Positions 11,168 through 21,450 of a stretch of DNA of 64,000 bases are shown here, in pieces (within the stretch, counting starts at the first letter, position 1; every line of letters begins with the position of its first letter). Where the stretch lies: the NCBI GenBank assembly GCA_000091205.1, contig AP006488.2; one strand, written 5' to 3'. Source of the DNA: Cyanidioschyzon merolae (taxonomy: Eukaryota). The notes beneath the pieces are model-generated. The model was not told the DNA's origin and searched no databases. It was given only the letters and a program-made list of their open reading frames with translations. The translations under genes were made by a program, and so were the position numbers.

Positions 11168-13474
11168 ATGGATTGGCACGCGGCTCCAGTTTACTATACT
11201 GATCAGGGTGTTGGAGTACCAGGTGCTGAAGAGCAAAGTGGAAATGTTTCTATCCAAGAACGGCGAATCATTGAGTTCTTGCTGCAGTTTCGCTCAGCTC
11301 CAAACGTGTTCCCTTATCGCGATCAGCTTGTGCGCCAGCTGCACGCTCGCAAGCACTGGATTCAGATCAAGATAGAGGACGTGTACGCCTTTGATGAAGA
11401 ACTGGCTGGGTATATTCGCCAAGCGCCTAACGAATGGATAGAGCGCTTGGAGCAAGCAGTCGATCGGGTGGTACGTCGGCTGCGGCTGCCGCTGGACCAC
11501 GAGATAGGCGGTGTTTCGGTGCAGGTGTTGCTGCAGTCCCAGGAGAACGCATTTCCGTTGAGGGAACTCCAGTCCGATCAGCTGGGGCGCCTTGTGCGTG
11601 TACAAGGCATTGTTATTTCCGCTTCAAAAGTACGCGCGAAAGCGCAGGTCGTCTGGTTACGTTGCCAGCACTGTGACTACCGAAAGATGATACGTGCTTC
11701 AGTGGGATTCGGTGGTTTCCAGGTGCCCCGCCAATGCGATCGTGTGACGGAAATGCGTTGCCCTCTGGACTCGTATGAGGTGATGCCGCATGAAAGCGTG
11801 TTTGTTGATCACCAGACAGTGAAGCTGCAGGAGCTGCCCGAGTCGGTACCCACTGGGGAGGTCCCTCGATCGCTCCTGCTCGTTCTCGAGCGGAATCTGA
11901 TTGATAGAGTAGCTCCTGGTGAGCGCGTCAGCGCTGTCGGTGTTTACTCGACATACGCCAGCACTCGTGATCGGAGCAGTCGTTCTGTGGCAGCTAACAT
12001 TGCCACAAGGGCTAGCGGACCAGACCTTGTAGCAGCGGTGAGAACTCCGTATATCCGAGTCCTCGGCATTGATGCTACGCAGGAAAGACGTGACCGTCAT
12101 CCAGGCTTTACCCCGGAGGAAGAGGAAGCCATGCGCAGCTTGAGTCGACTGCCAAACGTGTACGAAGTCTTGGCGGCGAGCATTGCCCCAGAAATCTGGG
12201 GTCTCTCCGATCCAAAACGTGCGGTATTGTGCCAACTATTCGGTGGCTCTCGTAAGACGCTTCCAGACGGAATGAGAATTCGAGGCGATATCAATGTGCT
12301 TCTTCTGGGCGATCCGTCTACCGCAAAATCACAGCTGCTCAAGTTTGCGGAGAAGGTCGCACCGGTCTCCGTGTATACGAGCGGCAAAGGCTCTTCCGCC
12401 GCAGGGCTGACCGCCTCTGTTATTCGAGACGCCACGCATGGTGAATTCCATCTCGAAGGCGGTGCGATGGTGCTAGCTGACGGTGGTATCGTCTGCATTG
12501 ACGAGTTTGACAAGATGCGCCTCGCAGACCGTGTCGCCATCCACGAGGCCATGGAGCAGCAGACCATTTCCATCGCCAAGGCCGGGATCACCACCGTGCT
12601 GAACTCGCGCACGGCAGTTTTGGCGGCAGCGAATCCTCTTTTTGGTTCGTTTGACGATACGCGCACTGTAGCGGATCAGATGGAGTTTGCATCCACGATT
12701 CTTTCTCGTTTCGACCTCATATTTCTGGTCCGCGACGTGCGCAATGATGAACGTGATCGAACGATTGCCCGACATGTACTAGCGCTGCATCAACGGGGCC
12801 ACAGTCTGCGCCCGCAGGGCTCTGGACTCGATTCGGCTGGTGATATCAGCGATTCAGGAATGCTGTCTTTGTCACCGAACGGTGCTAGCGAGTTCACCTC
12901 CAGCCAGATGCTGAACGCCGTTGGTCTTGTCCCGATCGACAAGTTGCGTCGCTATGTCGCCTACGCCAGACGCCGTTGCCGACCACGCCTCTCCGCAGAG
13001 GCTGCTGACCTACTACGAACAGCGTACGTGGCAGTACGCCAGGAGCTGCGCGATCGTACGGCAGATGGACCGACTCCTGTACCGATTGCGGTACGCCAGC
13101 TGGAATCCCTCATCCGCTTGACCGAGGCGTTGGCCAAGATGCGCCTGAGCGATCTTGCATCAGCTGCTGATGCCGAAGAGGCACTGCGGCTTTTCCGAGT
13201 CGCCACCATGGCCGCAGCGCACGCAGGTGCGCTACCTCCTGGTGCCTTTGAGGGTACCCTGAGCGGGGAATTTCTCATTGAGGTTCAAGCAGCCGAAGCA
13301 GCAATTCGGCGGCGCATCGCCATTGGTTCCATGCTCGCTTTGAACCGGCTGGTACGTGAACTCACCCAGCAGCATCTGTCTGCAGCGGCGACCCAGCGGG
13401 CGATCCAGATCATGCTCGGGCGACAGGAGCTCGAATGGCGTCGACAACGGACAGTACTGTGCCGTTTACGGTGA
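11168..13474 (+). CDS. MCM5: DNA replication licensing factor MCM5
   Basis: 768 aa with a true ATG. Walker A 'GDINVLLLGDPSTAKSQLLKF'. 'IDEFDKM' and the arginine-finger region. 'AIHEAMEQQTISIAKAGITTVLNSRTAVLAAANP' nearly identical to MCM5. N-terminus 'PVYYTD...IIEFLLQFR' aligns to the MCM5 N-terminus. Confidence 0.9.
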   Translation: MDWHAAPVYYTDQGVGVPGAEEQSGNVSIQERRIIEFLLQFRSAPNVFPYRDQLVRQLHARKHWIQIKIEDVYAFDEELAGYIRQAPNEWIERLEQAVDRVVRRLRLPLDHEIGGVSVQVLLQSQENAFPLRELQSDQLGRLVRVQGIVISASKVRAKAQVVWLRCQHCDYRKMIRASVGFGGFQVPRQCDRVTEMRCPLDSYEVMPHESVFVDHQTVKLQELPESVPTGEVPRSLLLVLERNLIDRVAPGERVSAVGVYSTYASTRDRSSRSVAANIATRASGPDLVAAVRTPYIRVLGIDATQERRDRHPGFTPEEEEAMRSLSRLPNVYEVLAASIAPEIWGLSDPKRAVLCQLFGGSRKTLPDGMRIRGDINVLLLGDPSTAKSQLLKFAEKVAPVSVYTSGKGSSAAGLTASVIRDATHGEFHLEGGAMVLADGGIVCIDEFDKMRLADRVAIHEAMEQQTISIAKAGITTVLNSRTAVLAAANPLFGSFDDTRTVADQMEFASTILSRFDLIFLVRDVRNDERDRTIARHVLALHQRGHSLRPQGSGLDSAGDISDSGMLSLSPNGASEFTSSQMLNAVGLVPIDKLRRYVAYARRRCRPRLSAEAADLLRTAYVAVRQELRDRTADGPTPVPIAVRQLESLIRLTEALAKMRLSDLASAADAEEALRLFRVATMAAAHAGALPPGAFEGTLSGEFLIEVQAAEAAIRRRIAIGSMLALNRLVRELTQQHLSAAATQRAIQIMLGRQELEWRRQRTVLCRLR

Positions 13475-13774
13475 GGAGAAGCAAGGTGAGCGTGTGCATT
13501 GCCCCCGGATACCTCGCAGCAACCTGCTGCAACCCGACATTCGCGAGCGCGTCTTGAAACCGAGCATACCACGCGGCACCAACTCGTGCCACTGGCGCTG
13601 CTGGTGTTGCGCGTTTCGCGAAGAGCCCGTCACCACCACCTGGGCGTCGCTGTACGCCCGCTACCAGTCCCTGAAACGGCTCAGTGCTCGAGCACCTACA
13701 TGGAATCAGTGCAGCATCCACCACGACCCGAAGGTCATGTTCGTCACCTTGCTCACGCTCGTTTCCAGAACCGA

Positions 13775-16700
13775 TCACCCGCGATGCTCGTTTTCAGCAT
13801 GCGCTTCCGCGAACGCTGCAAGTGCTTCGCGCAGTTCCGCCGACTCCCTCAGCGCTCGGTCTAGAACAGCGCTCGGTAGATGCGCCACCACGAGACTCGC
13901 GCTCTGTGGCATCAGCAACACACATGCCCGAATAAAACCCGGCCATAGTTTTGGATATTCCCAGATACGACGCTCAGTGACCAGCGTTGTGAGCAGTTGC
14001 AGGATGAGGTGTTGGGTCTTGGGGTACCGCGCCACCACCTGAAGCAGCGTTCGCATGAGCATCACCGGCAGCGGGTGCGGGGAACGCACCATACTCTGCA
14101 GGGCACTTGCCCAGCACTGCGCAGTGAATATCGTGTCCATCTCGAAGCAGGTTTGCACCGCCTCAATCTGGAGTTTCAGCGGAATCGCCTCGGACTTGGA
14201 GTCGAGACGATGCAGGGCCTCGACAAGCGCGCTCGGTGTCAGCGGTGGCGTGGTACGTCCACTGGCAACCAGCACCAGACGTTCCCAGGCAAGTCGTCGT
14301 TGATCAGCGTCCAGCTGTTGGACGAGTGACGGGAGCACTTGCCGAGCCTGCTCCGCGGACAGTGCCCTGAGTACCGGCAACAAGAGCAGCAGCGATACGC
14401 GCCCTTCGCGCTGATACCGCTGCCATACCGCATCGACTAGCGATGACGGCAGTTTGCCTGTCTGGTTGAACAGCGTTTCCGCGACCAGTTCCACGATCTG
14501 GACAATCAGTGGACTGGTTTCCGGGATCGGTGCCTCTCGGATAAGCGCTTCGAGACGATCGCTCGTCGCCGACCAACGGAAGAGCGCTCGATCGCCACAG
14601 AGACGCTGCAAGCTCGCGGCAAGTGACGCATCGGTGCTCGCTCGTGCGTACAGTTCATTCACGTAAAACTCGAGTAGCGTCACGTCGTGTCGGACCAGTG
14701 CGAGATACGTCGCAGCGAGACGTTCCAAACGCAAACGATATCGTTCAGCTGCTGGTGACGGTGAAGCGTTCAGCAGGGCACGTTCCAGGGCCTTGCTCAG
14801 CCACAACTGGAGTCGGTGCGCGATCCACGGTGCTAGGAGCGCATGCTCAGCAAAAAGCGTGTCCGCAACGAGCCGTGAGGCCGGTCCCCGCACCAGTTCA
14901 TCATCAGAACAGCAGAGTTCAAGCGTTGTGTCCAGGGCACGCTCGCGATCGACACTGTAACGTAGGGTGCAGAGCTCCTTGAGCGCAGCCAGGGCAGAGA
15001 AAGCCCGACGGGGTTCCGTTGCCATCTGCGACAAGAGCACATACACCCATGGAGGCACGCGAGGTAACTCAGCGAGGAAACGGGCTAGGAGTGAGTCGGG
15101 AACTTTGGCATGAGATGTGAGACGCTCAAGTAGAGTATCCAGCAGACGCTCGTAGCGTGCTTCGGGGAATGCGGTATCCGATTCGGCTATGGCAAGGAGC
15201 GAAGCACTTTTGTCCTCGTCGAGCAGCGCAGACTCGCGTAGCGCCTTGGCGACGCGAGCGCGTATAACGCCCAGCTCCGCTGTATGTAAAGCGGGGTCAG
15301 CTGGTGTCAACATGGGTAATGCGGTGTCAGGAATGCGTTGAGCAGTATCAGTATGAGCAGCAGCAGCAGCAGCAGCAGCGAGAGTTGATGACGGTGACTC
15401 TGACGATGCTGACGCCAGGTCCATCTGCGACGCTTGCGGCTTGACGGGCTTGTCCGCGTCTTGCGGTGTGTCGGTAGACGCTTGATTGCTGCTGGCGTCC
15501 GAGGTCTCGACAGCAGCATCTGTAGACGCGGCACGTTCGCCTACCTCTGCACTCAGACGCTGGCGCTCTTCGGCACGCGCATGAAGCAATCGCTCTAGGA
15601 GCACTTTCTTGGTGCCCTTGGCATCCAGATGGCGCCTTGCCAGTTCCGCCCTCAATGCTGCAACGGTTAGCCGCTTCGCTTTGCTCTCATCCAGGTCGAC
15701 GTCCAGCTGTTCAGGCATTGCTGTATTCGGTGCCTCCTTCGGTGCTGCACCTGTTTGATTGGAATTCGCGGACGCTGACTGGTGTACGCGGGATGCGTCC
15801 GCAGCAGGCGCAGACTTGTCATCCGTGTCTCTTGAATGGTCGTGAGCTGGCAGCTCGCGCTTCACTCCTGCAGCGTTGCCATTGGTGGCATCCACCGCAG
15901 CAAGCGTCTCCGCAGTCGGTATTCTATCGTCGCGCTCAGTGCCGGGTTCAGCAGCCGCGTCACGCTGCCAAGGCGCCGCGAGTCGCTCCCGCTTTGAGGC
16001 AGAAGCATCTAGATCAGCGCGTATCTCGCTGTGCGAGCGTTTCAGCCCACGGGGCGGCTCTTCAGGTGCTCCCCGCAGCTCAGCATCGCATGCGACCAGC
16101 GCCGTGAGCCATCGCAACGCCAGCTCCATTCGACCGGAAAAGTCTTGCACGATAAAGTCGACAACTTCCTCGCTAAGCGAGGATTCTCCATAGCTTGCCT
16201 GTGCGAGCAGGCGTGCCAACAAGGAGAGGCGCAGGTCGTTGGCCCCGCAGAGCTCCATGGCGTCCTCGGCCTGCAAGAGGCGCCGCACCGCTTGCTCTCC
16301 CAGCGTTTCCCATTGTTCCGCGGTTAGCGGAAGCGCTCGTACTTCTGGCGCCTGAGCCCGTATTACAGGACGACGTCGTTTCACCTCTTCTGCAAGGAGC
16401 GTTTTCAAATGCTTACGGATGCTCTCCACTTGCGTACGCTGACTCTGTTGTGCTGCAAGAACCTGCGCTCGGAGCCTCGGATCCATGCGACTGCTCTCGT
16501 CGTCGGGTGCAGCCTGTATCGGGCGGCTCGTGGGCATTTGCCGCAGCGTCTCCAGCACAAGCTCTTCCAAACTTGCAGGTGAGACAGCGCTCCTCGTGAC
16601 AAGGAGACGAGCGACCTGCTCACTGTCCTCCAGCTGGCGACACGTCGGCCCGTCTTGCACAACCCGGCTCCAGGGCGCAACGCTGCCCTGCTGGAGCGCA

Positions 16701-17833
16701 AGTTGCCGCTCACATTCCTCGGCAGTATTCGCAGCAGCTTCTGCCTGATCCTCAGCGCCGAATAGCTCCAATGCAGCATACAGTTCCTCCTTGAACGGCA
16801 GCATATGCGGACAGCGCAAGAGACAGAGAAAGAGGATTCGCATGTTCAGTGCGATGGACTGTTTCTGCGAAATCCTTCTCACATGCAACGATTCCTTGAA
16901 CGCCACATCATACAGCGGCACTAGCGTACGCACTGCGAGTTCTGCTCGTCGACGAGCGATGCTCGCCAACGAGGAGGCTCTCGTCAGCAACGGCACGAAC
17001 GAGGCGCCAGCTGGCGTCTCCGCCAGACGCGAGAGCGCCTGCTCTACCCATTCCTGGCACTTCACCGGGCTGATGACATCGGCAAGTCGTGCAGCATCCC
17101 GCCCTGAGAAGGAGCGTGAGCTCCAGTCCACTGGCGAAAAAGTGAAGGAGAGCACAACGAGTTCAGCGAGTTTGAAAAGCTGTGACTGAAGGCGCGCGAT
17201 GCCACTTGCGTCTGCGAATGTATCCGCAGCGAAAACACGGTCCAGCAGCTGCGCAACATCCGCTGCAACCTGCTGCCGAGGCTGCTCTAGCGGTTCAGGG
17301 CGATGCTGGACCTCTTCTGCAGCAGTTGTGGTCCGGCTGGCACCCAGCAAAGTCCAGTCTTCGCAGGTGAGTGCCTCCAGAATAGTGCGAAGTGAGCGCA
17401 GCAACGAGTTCACCAGTAACAGCAGTCGCATGCGCCTGAGAGGAGCCTCCGGGTTCTCGACAAGGCGCCGAAGCGTTGCAGTAGCTGCCCCAAGAACAGC
17501 TGCTCCGTTTACTGGGAGACTTTTTGCCAGCAGCGTGGCGAGGTGTCGCGGCCACTCGGCGACGCAACTCGACAACCAGGGCGCATCAGAGCCAGCTTGC
17601 GAGGTAGTGCCCAAGTCTTGCTCGATCCAGTCGATGGGTTCCTTGAGCAGATGCGGAATCAGCGCAGCAGTTCGCTGTACGTGTTCGTTCGGTTCATAGG
17701 AGACTGCGCGGTACCACCAGAGCGGGTGCTCTGGTGGCAGGAGGCGCGAGGTTTGCTCGCTGGCCTCAACCCAGCGTTTCCATCGCTCAGAGCTCTGGGT
17801 TGTCTCTGGTTTGGATTCTGAGCTTCCATCCAT
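13775..17833 (-). CDS. SYMPK: Symplekin (Pta1 family) with a lineage-specific central insertion containing a SAP-like motif and a poly-Ala tract.
   Basis: C-terminal about 200 aa align closely to human symplekin: 'EALHRLDS', 'LPVMLMRTLLQVVARYPK', 'IWEYPKLWPGFIRACVLLMPQSASLVVAHLP...ELREALAAF'. The ORF track start at 17857 is GTG; the first ATG is at 17833. SAP-like 'LTVAALRAELARRHLDAKGTKKVLLERLL'. Confidence 0.8.
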   Translation of the reverse strand: MDGSSESKPETTQSSERWKRWVEASEQTSRLLPPEHPLWWYRAVSYEPNEHVQRTAALIPHLLKEPIDWIEQDLGTTSQAGSDAPWLSSCVAEWPRHLATLLAKSLPVNGAAVLGAATATLRRLVENPEAPLRRMRLLLLVNSLLRSLRTILEALTCEDWTLLGASRTTTAAEEVQHRPEPLEQPRQQVAADVAQLLDRVFAADTFADASGIARLQSQLFKLAELVVLSFTFSPVDWSSRSFSGRDAARLADVISPVKCQEWVEQALSRLAETPAGASFVPLLTRASSLASIARRRAELAVRTLVPLYDVAFKESLHVRRISQKQSIALNMRILFLCLLRCPHMLPFKEELYAALELFGAEDQAEAAANTAEECERQLALQQGSVAPWSRVVQDGPTCRQLEDSEQVARLLVTRSAVSPASLEELVLETLRQMPTSRPIQAAPDDESSRMDPRLRAQVLAAQQSQRTQVESIRKHLKTLLAEEVKRRRPVIRAQAPEVRALPLTAEQWETLGEQAVRRLLQAEDAMELCGANDLRLSLLARLLAQASYGESSLSEEVVDFIVQDFSGRMELALRWLTALVACDAELRGAPEEPPRGLKRSHSEIRADLDASASKRERLAAPWQRDAAAEPGTERDDRIPTAETLAAVDATNGNAAGVKRELPAHDHSRDTDDKSAPAADASRVHQSASANSNQTGAAPKEAPNTAMPEQLDVDLDESKAKRLTVAALRAELARRHLDAKGTKKVLLERLLHARAEERQRLSAEVGERAASTDAAVETSDASSNQASTDTPQDADKPVKPQASQMDLASASSESPSSTLAAAAAAAAHTDTAQRIPDTALPMLTPADPALHTAELGVIRARVAKALRESALLDEDKSASLLAIAESDTAFPEARYERLLDTLLERLTSHAKVPDSLLARFLAELPRVPPWVYVLLSQMATEPRRAFSALAALKELCTLRYSVDRERALDTTLELCCSDDELVRGPASRLVADTLFAEHALLAPWIAHRLQLWLSKALERALLNASPSPAAERYRLRLERLAATYLALVRHDVTLLEFYVNELYARASTDASLAASLQRLCGDRALFRWSATSDRLEALIREAPIPETSPLIVQIVELVAETLFNQTGKLPSSLVDAVWQRYQREGRVSLLLLLPVLRALSAEQARQVLPSLVQQLDADQRRLAWERLVLVASGRTTPPLTPSALVEALHRLDSKSEAIPLKLQIEAVQTCFEMDTIFTAQCWASALQSMVRSPHPLPVMLMRTLLQVVARYPKTQHLILQLLTTLVTERRIWEYPKLWPGFIRACVLLMPQSASLVVAHLPSAVLDRALRESAELREALAAFAEAHAENEHRG
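15355..15385. repeat. (CAG/GCT)n microsatellite, about 9 units, encoding the poly-Ala tract inside symplekin.
   Basis: cagcagcagcagcagcagcagcagcagc; the protein reads AAAAAAAA. Confidence 0.8.
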
Positions 17834-20751
17834 GTGGTTTCGAGCGTCACCGCACACGTGCTGTGTCTTTAGAACACACTCCGTTTTGGGAATCCGAGTG
17901 CGCTGCGGCTTCAGCTTACGTACAACGAATAGCGCCGAGATGAAAAAGTTCGGCGGTGGACGTGCCCTGCGAACAAGTTTGCCTGATGTTTGCTCAGGCT
18001 ACGGTTTGTTTTACGTAGACTCGTGCTACCTTAAATGGAATCGGGACTGAAACACAGACGGTGAAGGTGGTTGATTCCGTTTTTTGTGCTTGTCGTCAAG
18101 AACAGCTTTTCGAGGGCTTTTTCGGTGTCTGGTTCCTTTTCCCCTGGCTCTCTCGTATCTCCGGCTGCGTTGTCAGCAGTTGAAGCGAGTTCAAGCCAGC
18201 ATTCAAGTCTGACTAGAGAGCTTCTGGTTGCTGTCGACTTGTTTCACTCATGCACTGACCAAAGAGAAGATCTGTGCTTGGCTTGCAAGGTTCATCCTGA
18301 TGGTATCCAGCCTCGATCGACCTTGCACAGCGGTGAAACATGGTTGTGGTTGGACGTTCCTTTGCATATTAACCAAACCTGCTCCTGTGAGAGCCACGCT
18401 GTAGCGCGTGAATGCTTGCTTTATCGCTCGGCAGAGGTTATGAACGATCACGGGAGGCTTATAACGGTGGTTCTGTGTGTGATTCCGCAGCAGCTGTTGC
18501 GCCTAGAGATAACAGGCTGGTTCTGGACTGGCCTTTCGGAGGGTACGCTGTCCGCTGCATACGCTCGTACATGCTCTTCCATTCGTCAGAGCATACGCGA
18601 AACACGACGTTGCCTGTGATAGACGCAAGGATCGGTAGATACGTCCCGGGCCGTAAAACAAATCGAAAGCTTTCAAAGCAGCAACGCTGCCGTCTTCCGA
18701 TTCTGTGACGTCGTTTGCACTGCAAGCCATCGTTGCAATGATGACGATCCAAGAGACTTGTTTGTTCAAGCTGAAGAAACAAGAGCCTCTGAGAGCATAT
18801 CCCGTGACAGGGATCATGCAGCTGCTGCTGCCCACTGCGTCGTCGATGGCTCCAACCAGGCGAGGATATGTGTTCCGTACCGAATCGATGATAGGAAGTG
18901 CCAAGAGCGTCCCGAATCTGGCATGGCCTTGTGAAGAATTCGCCAATATATTTTGTCGACCTATATTCCTTATCCATCAAGCGGCACGTATCGCTGCCCC
19001 TTTAGGTTGTCTTGAAACATAAACATCGAAAAGGTAAAGAATATGTCATTTGAGCATGCCACTCATGGGGAATCGAGAGGAATCGAGGCTTTTCCACATG
19101 AATCGGATGCTGGTATCGTTTCTGTTTTTTGCCAGATCCTGCTTGAAGACATTGCGAGCGATCTTTGTGGCGGTAGCGTAACGTATTCAAGGAAGAGCGC
19201 GTCGGCTGAGAACTGCCAAACAAGCAACAGAGGATCCCAAAAACCTCAGAATGGATCCGAAAAACTTTAGAGCTTCAGTCTTGATGTTGAAGGTATACAG
19301 CAAAACAATTTCAGGGAAAAAAGCGCATGGCAGGGACATAGCGGGCAGTGCTGTGTTCCGTCTGCATCTGACATGGATGCACGGTTTTGTGACCGCTTCG
19401 GTGTGCAGCATTTGCCGTGTTGGACTTGCACGAGCAATGTACTTGGATTCTGTCGACCGGTAACGGGCGTCGGATGACCAGTGGCTGTGGACGCTTTCGA
19501 CGCCACGCTGAAACGGCTGCCGCAAATGGGAAACGCGAGCCGGCTCGTTGCTTCGAACTACAAGTCGCTAGAGTCTACGGAACGTTCTTGGACGGTTTAA
19601 GGGGTGCAACCACCATCACGCCAACCTCGAGCGCGTCGATGCGTTCGCAGGTATATTCAGATAGCGCACGAGGCGCTGGGCAGTGTCCCAGTGCGCTTCG
19701 CATTCGACCAAGCATAGCGTTTTGCCAGTTTCTTGCCGCGCTTTGCATGCAACGCAGTGAAAACAACAAATGAGTTGCTTTTGGGGGCAGAAACGCCGAA
19801 AGCCGTGGTGTGCGATGTGACCTCCCGATCAAAGTCGCCGCGCAAAGCCGTTCAATGCACGAGGAGCGCTGCGTCCATGGGGCGCAACGTCGCTCGTGAC
19901 AGCGGCAATGGAGCGAACCTTTTATCGGCCAATGTTGCTGCATACCAACAGATCATCGTGAACAAGACGAATCCCGGCGTTTGCGCCCTAGAGCAAACAA
20001 GGCAATGGCTGCGCGATTCATACCTAGCACCCAGCAGAGGGAACTGTCCCCGCATCTCGCGAACGCTTGAACGCCCCCACTAGCCGCATGCGTTCCGTGC
20101 GCTGGTACCTTCGGGGCATCACGCACGCGGGCACCTCTGTGAGTTACACGCTTCCAGCGACTAGGAACTAGTTGCGACGTATGCGTGCCGCATCTCCTGT
20201 ACTCGCGTTGGCGCAGCAGGAGTCAGTAAAAGTTCTAAACAGTTTGGGCGTGAACACGGCATCCTATCCCTGGACGCATGCGGCAACAACGCAGCTGCAT
20301 AGATGCTCGACGTTGACGCGGAATCCGAGCCCTGTAACTGACGACGATGGCTACGCGATTTCTACCCGTGCTATCTCGTACCAGAATGGTTCAGCCTCTG
20401 GGCCATAGGCCTGCACTAGAGCCGAATCTCGACGTATTCAACATGTCCAGGGAAGCCAAGGAATGATGCCCAGCAAGCCGTGGAGCAGCATGTGCCTCTG
20501 ACTCCGACAGGCACGCTTGCGCTGTGGATCACCCAAGCGTCGTCCACGGGCAGCGCTGGTTTTTCCCCTGGGTCAACGCTGCTCGTGGAGAATCTCACGC
20601 GCTTGCCGATTCGCTTCCATATATCACACACGCGATAAAGCCTTTCAATGGTGCGGTCGAACGAATACATCGAATGACCTTGTGCTTCGATTGCCGACTG
20701 GGGCTGCCCAAGAACACGGTCCATGTTCACCCGTTGGGTTCTCTGCGAGCC

Positions 20752-21450
20752 TCACTGCTCGACGCGAGTCCATTCTTGTAAAGTTTTTCGCAGCTCTGCG
20801 AATTCTTCGCGGTCAACAGCATGACCGAGGCCTTGCACCGTTCGAAACGATACCTCGAAGCCAGGGGCCAGGTTCTGGCGCAGAAGCTCCGCGGAGTGGA
20901 CGCCCCAGTGGTAGTTCACGATCTCGTCTTGGTCACCGTGCCACAAAGCGATACGACCTTTGCGCCTACTTTTGGGAACTGCAGCGAATACCTCGTTCCG
21001 CAAGGCAAGCCAAGTACTGAGTCCCGCAAAGCCGCCCAGGTCCCGCTCGCTGCGTAGGTATGCTTGCAAAGCGATCGCACCGCCCTGTGAAAACCCCCCC
21101 AAAAAAATCCTCTCGGGTCGCACACCCTCGTTTGTGCACTCCTCTTCGACAATCTTTAAAATCCGTGAAACTGAGCGCAGAATGCCCTCACGATCCTCGC
21201 GAGCGTTCTCGCTGAGGGAGTAAATATCGGCCCAAGCTGGCATCCGCGTACCAAAGTTGAGGGTCACGGGAACCGTGTCCGCCGTTGGAAGTATAACCCG
21301 TGTGCTGGACAGCCTCAGTTCTGGCACTGCAGAGCTCCAGCCATCTGCGGTATCACCGAGACCGTGCAGCCATACCAGCGTTGCCGTGTGCTTGCCTCGG
21401 AGCGGCTCGAAGGTCTTCCCCGCACCGCCGTGTGCGTCGCCTCGCGGCAT
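20752..21450 (-). CDS. Acyl-protein thioesterase / lysophospholipase (LYPLA1/APT1 family, alpha/beta-hydrolase)
   Basis: 'ATLVWLHGLGDTADGW', 'PTADTVPVTLNFGTRMPAWADI', 'IFLGGFSQGGAIAL' and 'WHGDQDEIV' align to human APT1. The ORF track's 94-codon upstream extension has no homology, so the start is re-set to the ATG at 21450 (MPRGDAHG). Confidence 0.85.
   Translation of the reverse strand: MPRGDAHGGAGKTFEPLRGKHTATLVWLHGLGDTADGWSSAVPELRLSSTRVILPTADTVPVTLNFGTRMPAWADIYSLSENAREDREGILRSVSRILKIVEEECTNEGVRPERIFLGGFSQGGAIALQAYLRSERDLGGFAGLSTWLALRNEVFAAVPKSRRKGRIALWHGDQDEIVNYHWGVHSAELLRQNLAPGFEVSFRTVQGLGHAVDREEFAELRKTLQEWTRVEQ

Larger units (their letters stand above)
8640..11202 (+). pseudogene. Fanzor/TnpB-like RuvC nuclease pseudogene (copy A). 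The reading frame is split over ORFs 8538-8825, 8816-9064, 9039-9512, 9581-10339 and 10336-11202 by copy-specific frameshifts.
   Basis: RuvC-I-like 'FVVGADPGSTNIITIAAP'. RuvC-III 'RMEFVNRDFNAAINVRRCAV'. Degenerate Zn-finger 'YTHHELGC...MEKCHRS'. The frame breaks fall at positions where copy D or B is continuous. Confidence 0.6.

Noticed and set aside
8538-11202. Interpreting the breaks between Fanzor-like ORF pieces as spliceosomal introns of an intact gene.
   Set aside because: Break positions differ between copies A, B and D, and copy A lacks a start codon. That indicates independent frameshift decay.
13356-14042. 228-codon plus-strand ORF spanning the convergent 3' ends of MCM5 and symplekin.
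   Set aside because: It overlaps two confirmed CDS ends in other frames. The sequence is low-complexity, Arg/Ser/Cys-rich and lacks motifs.
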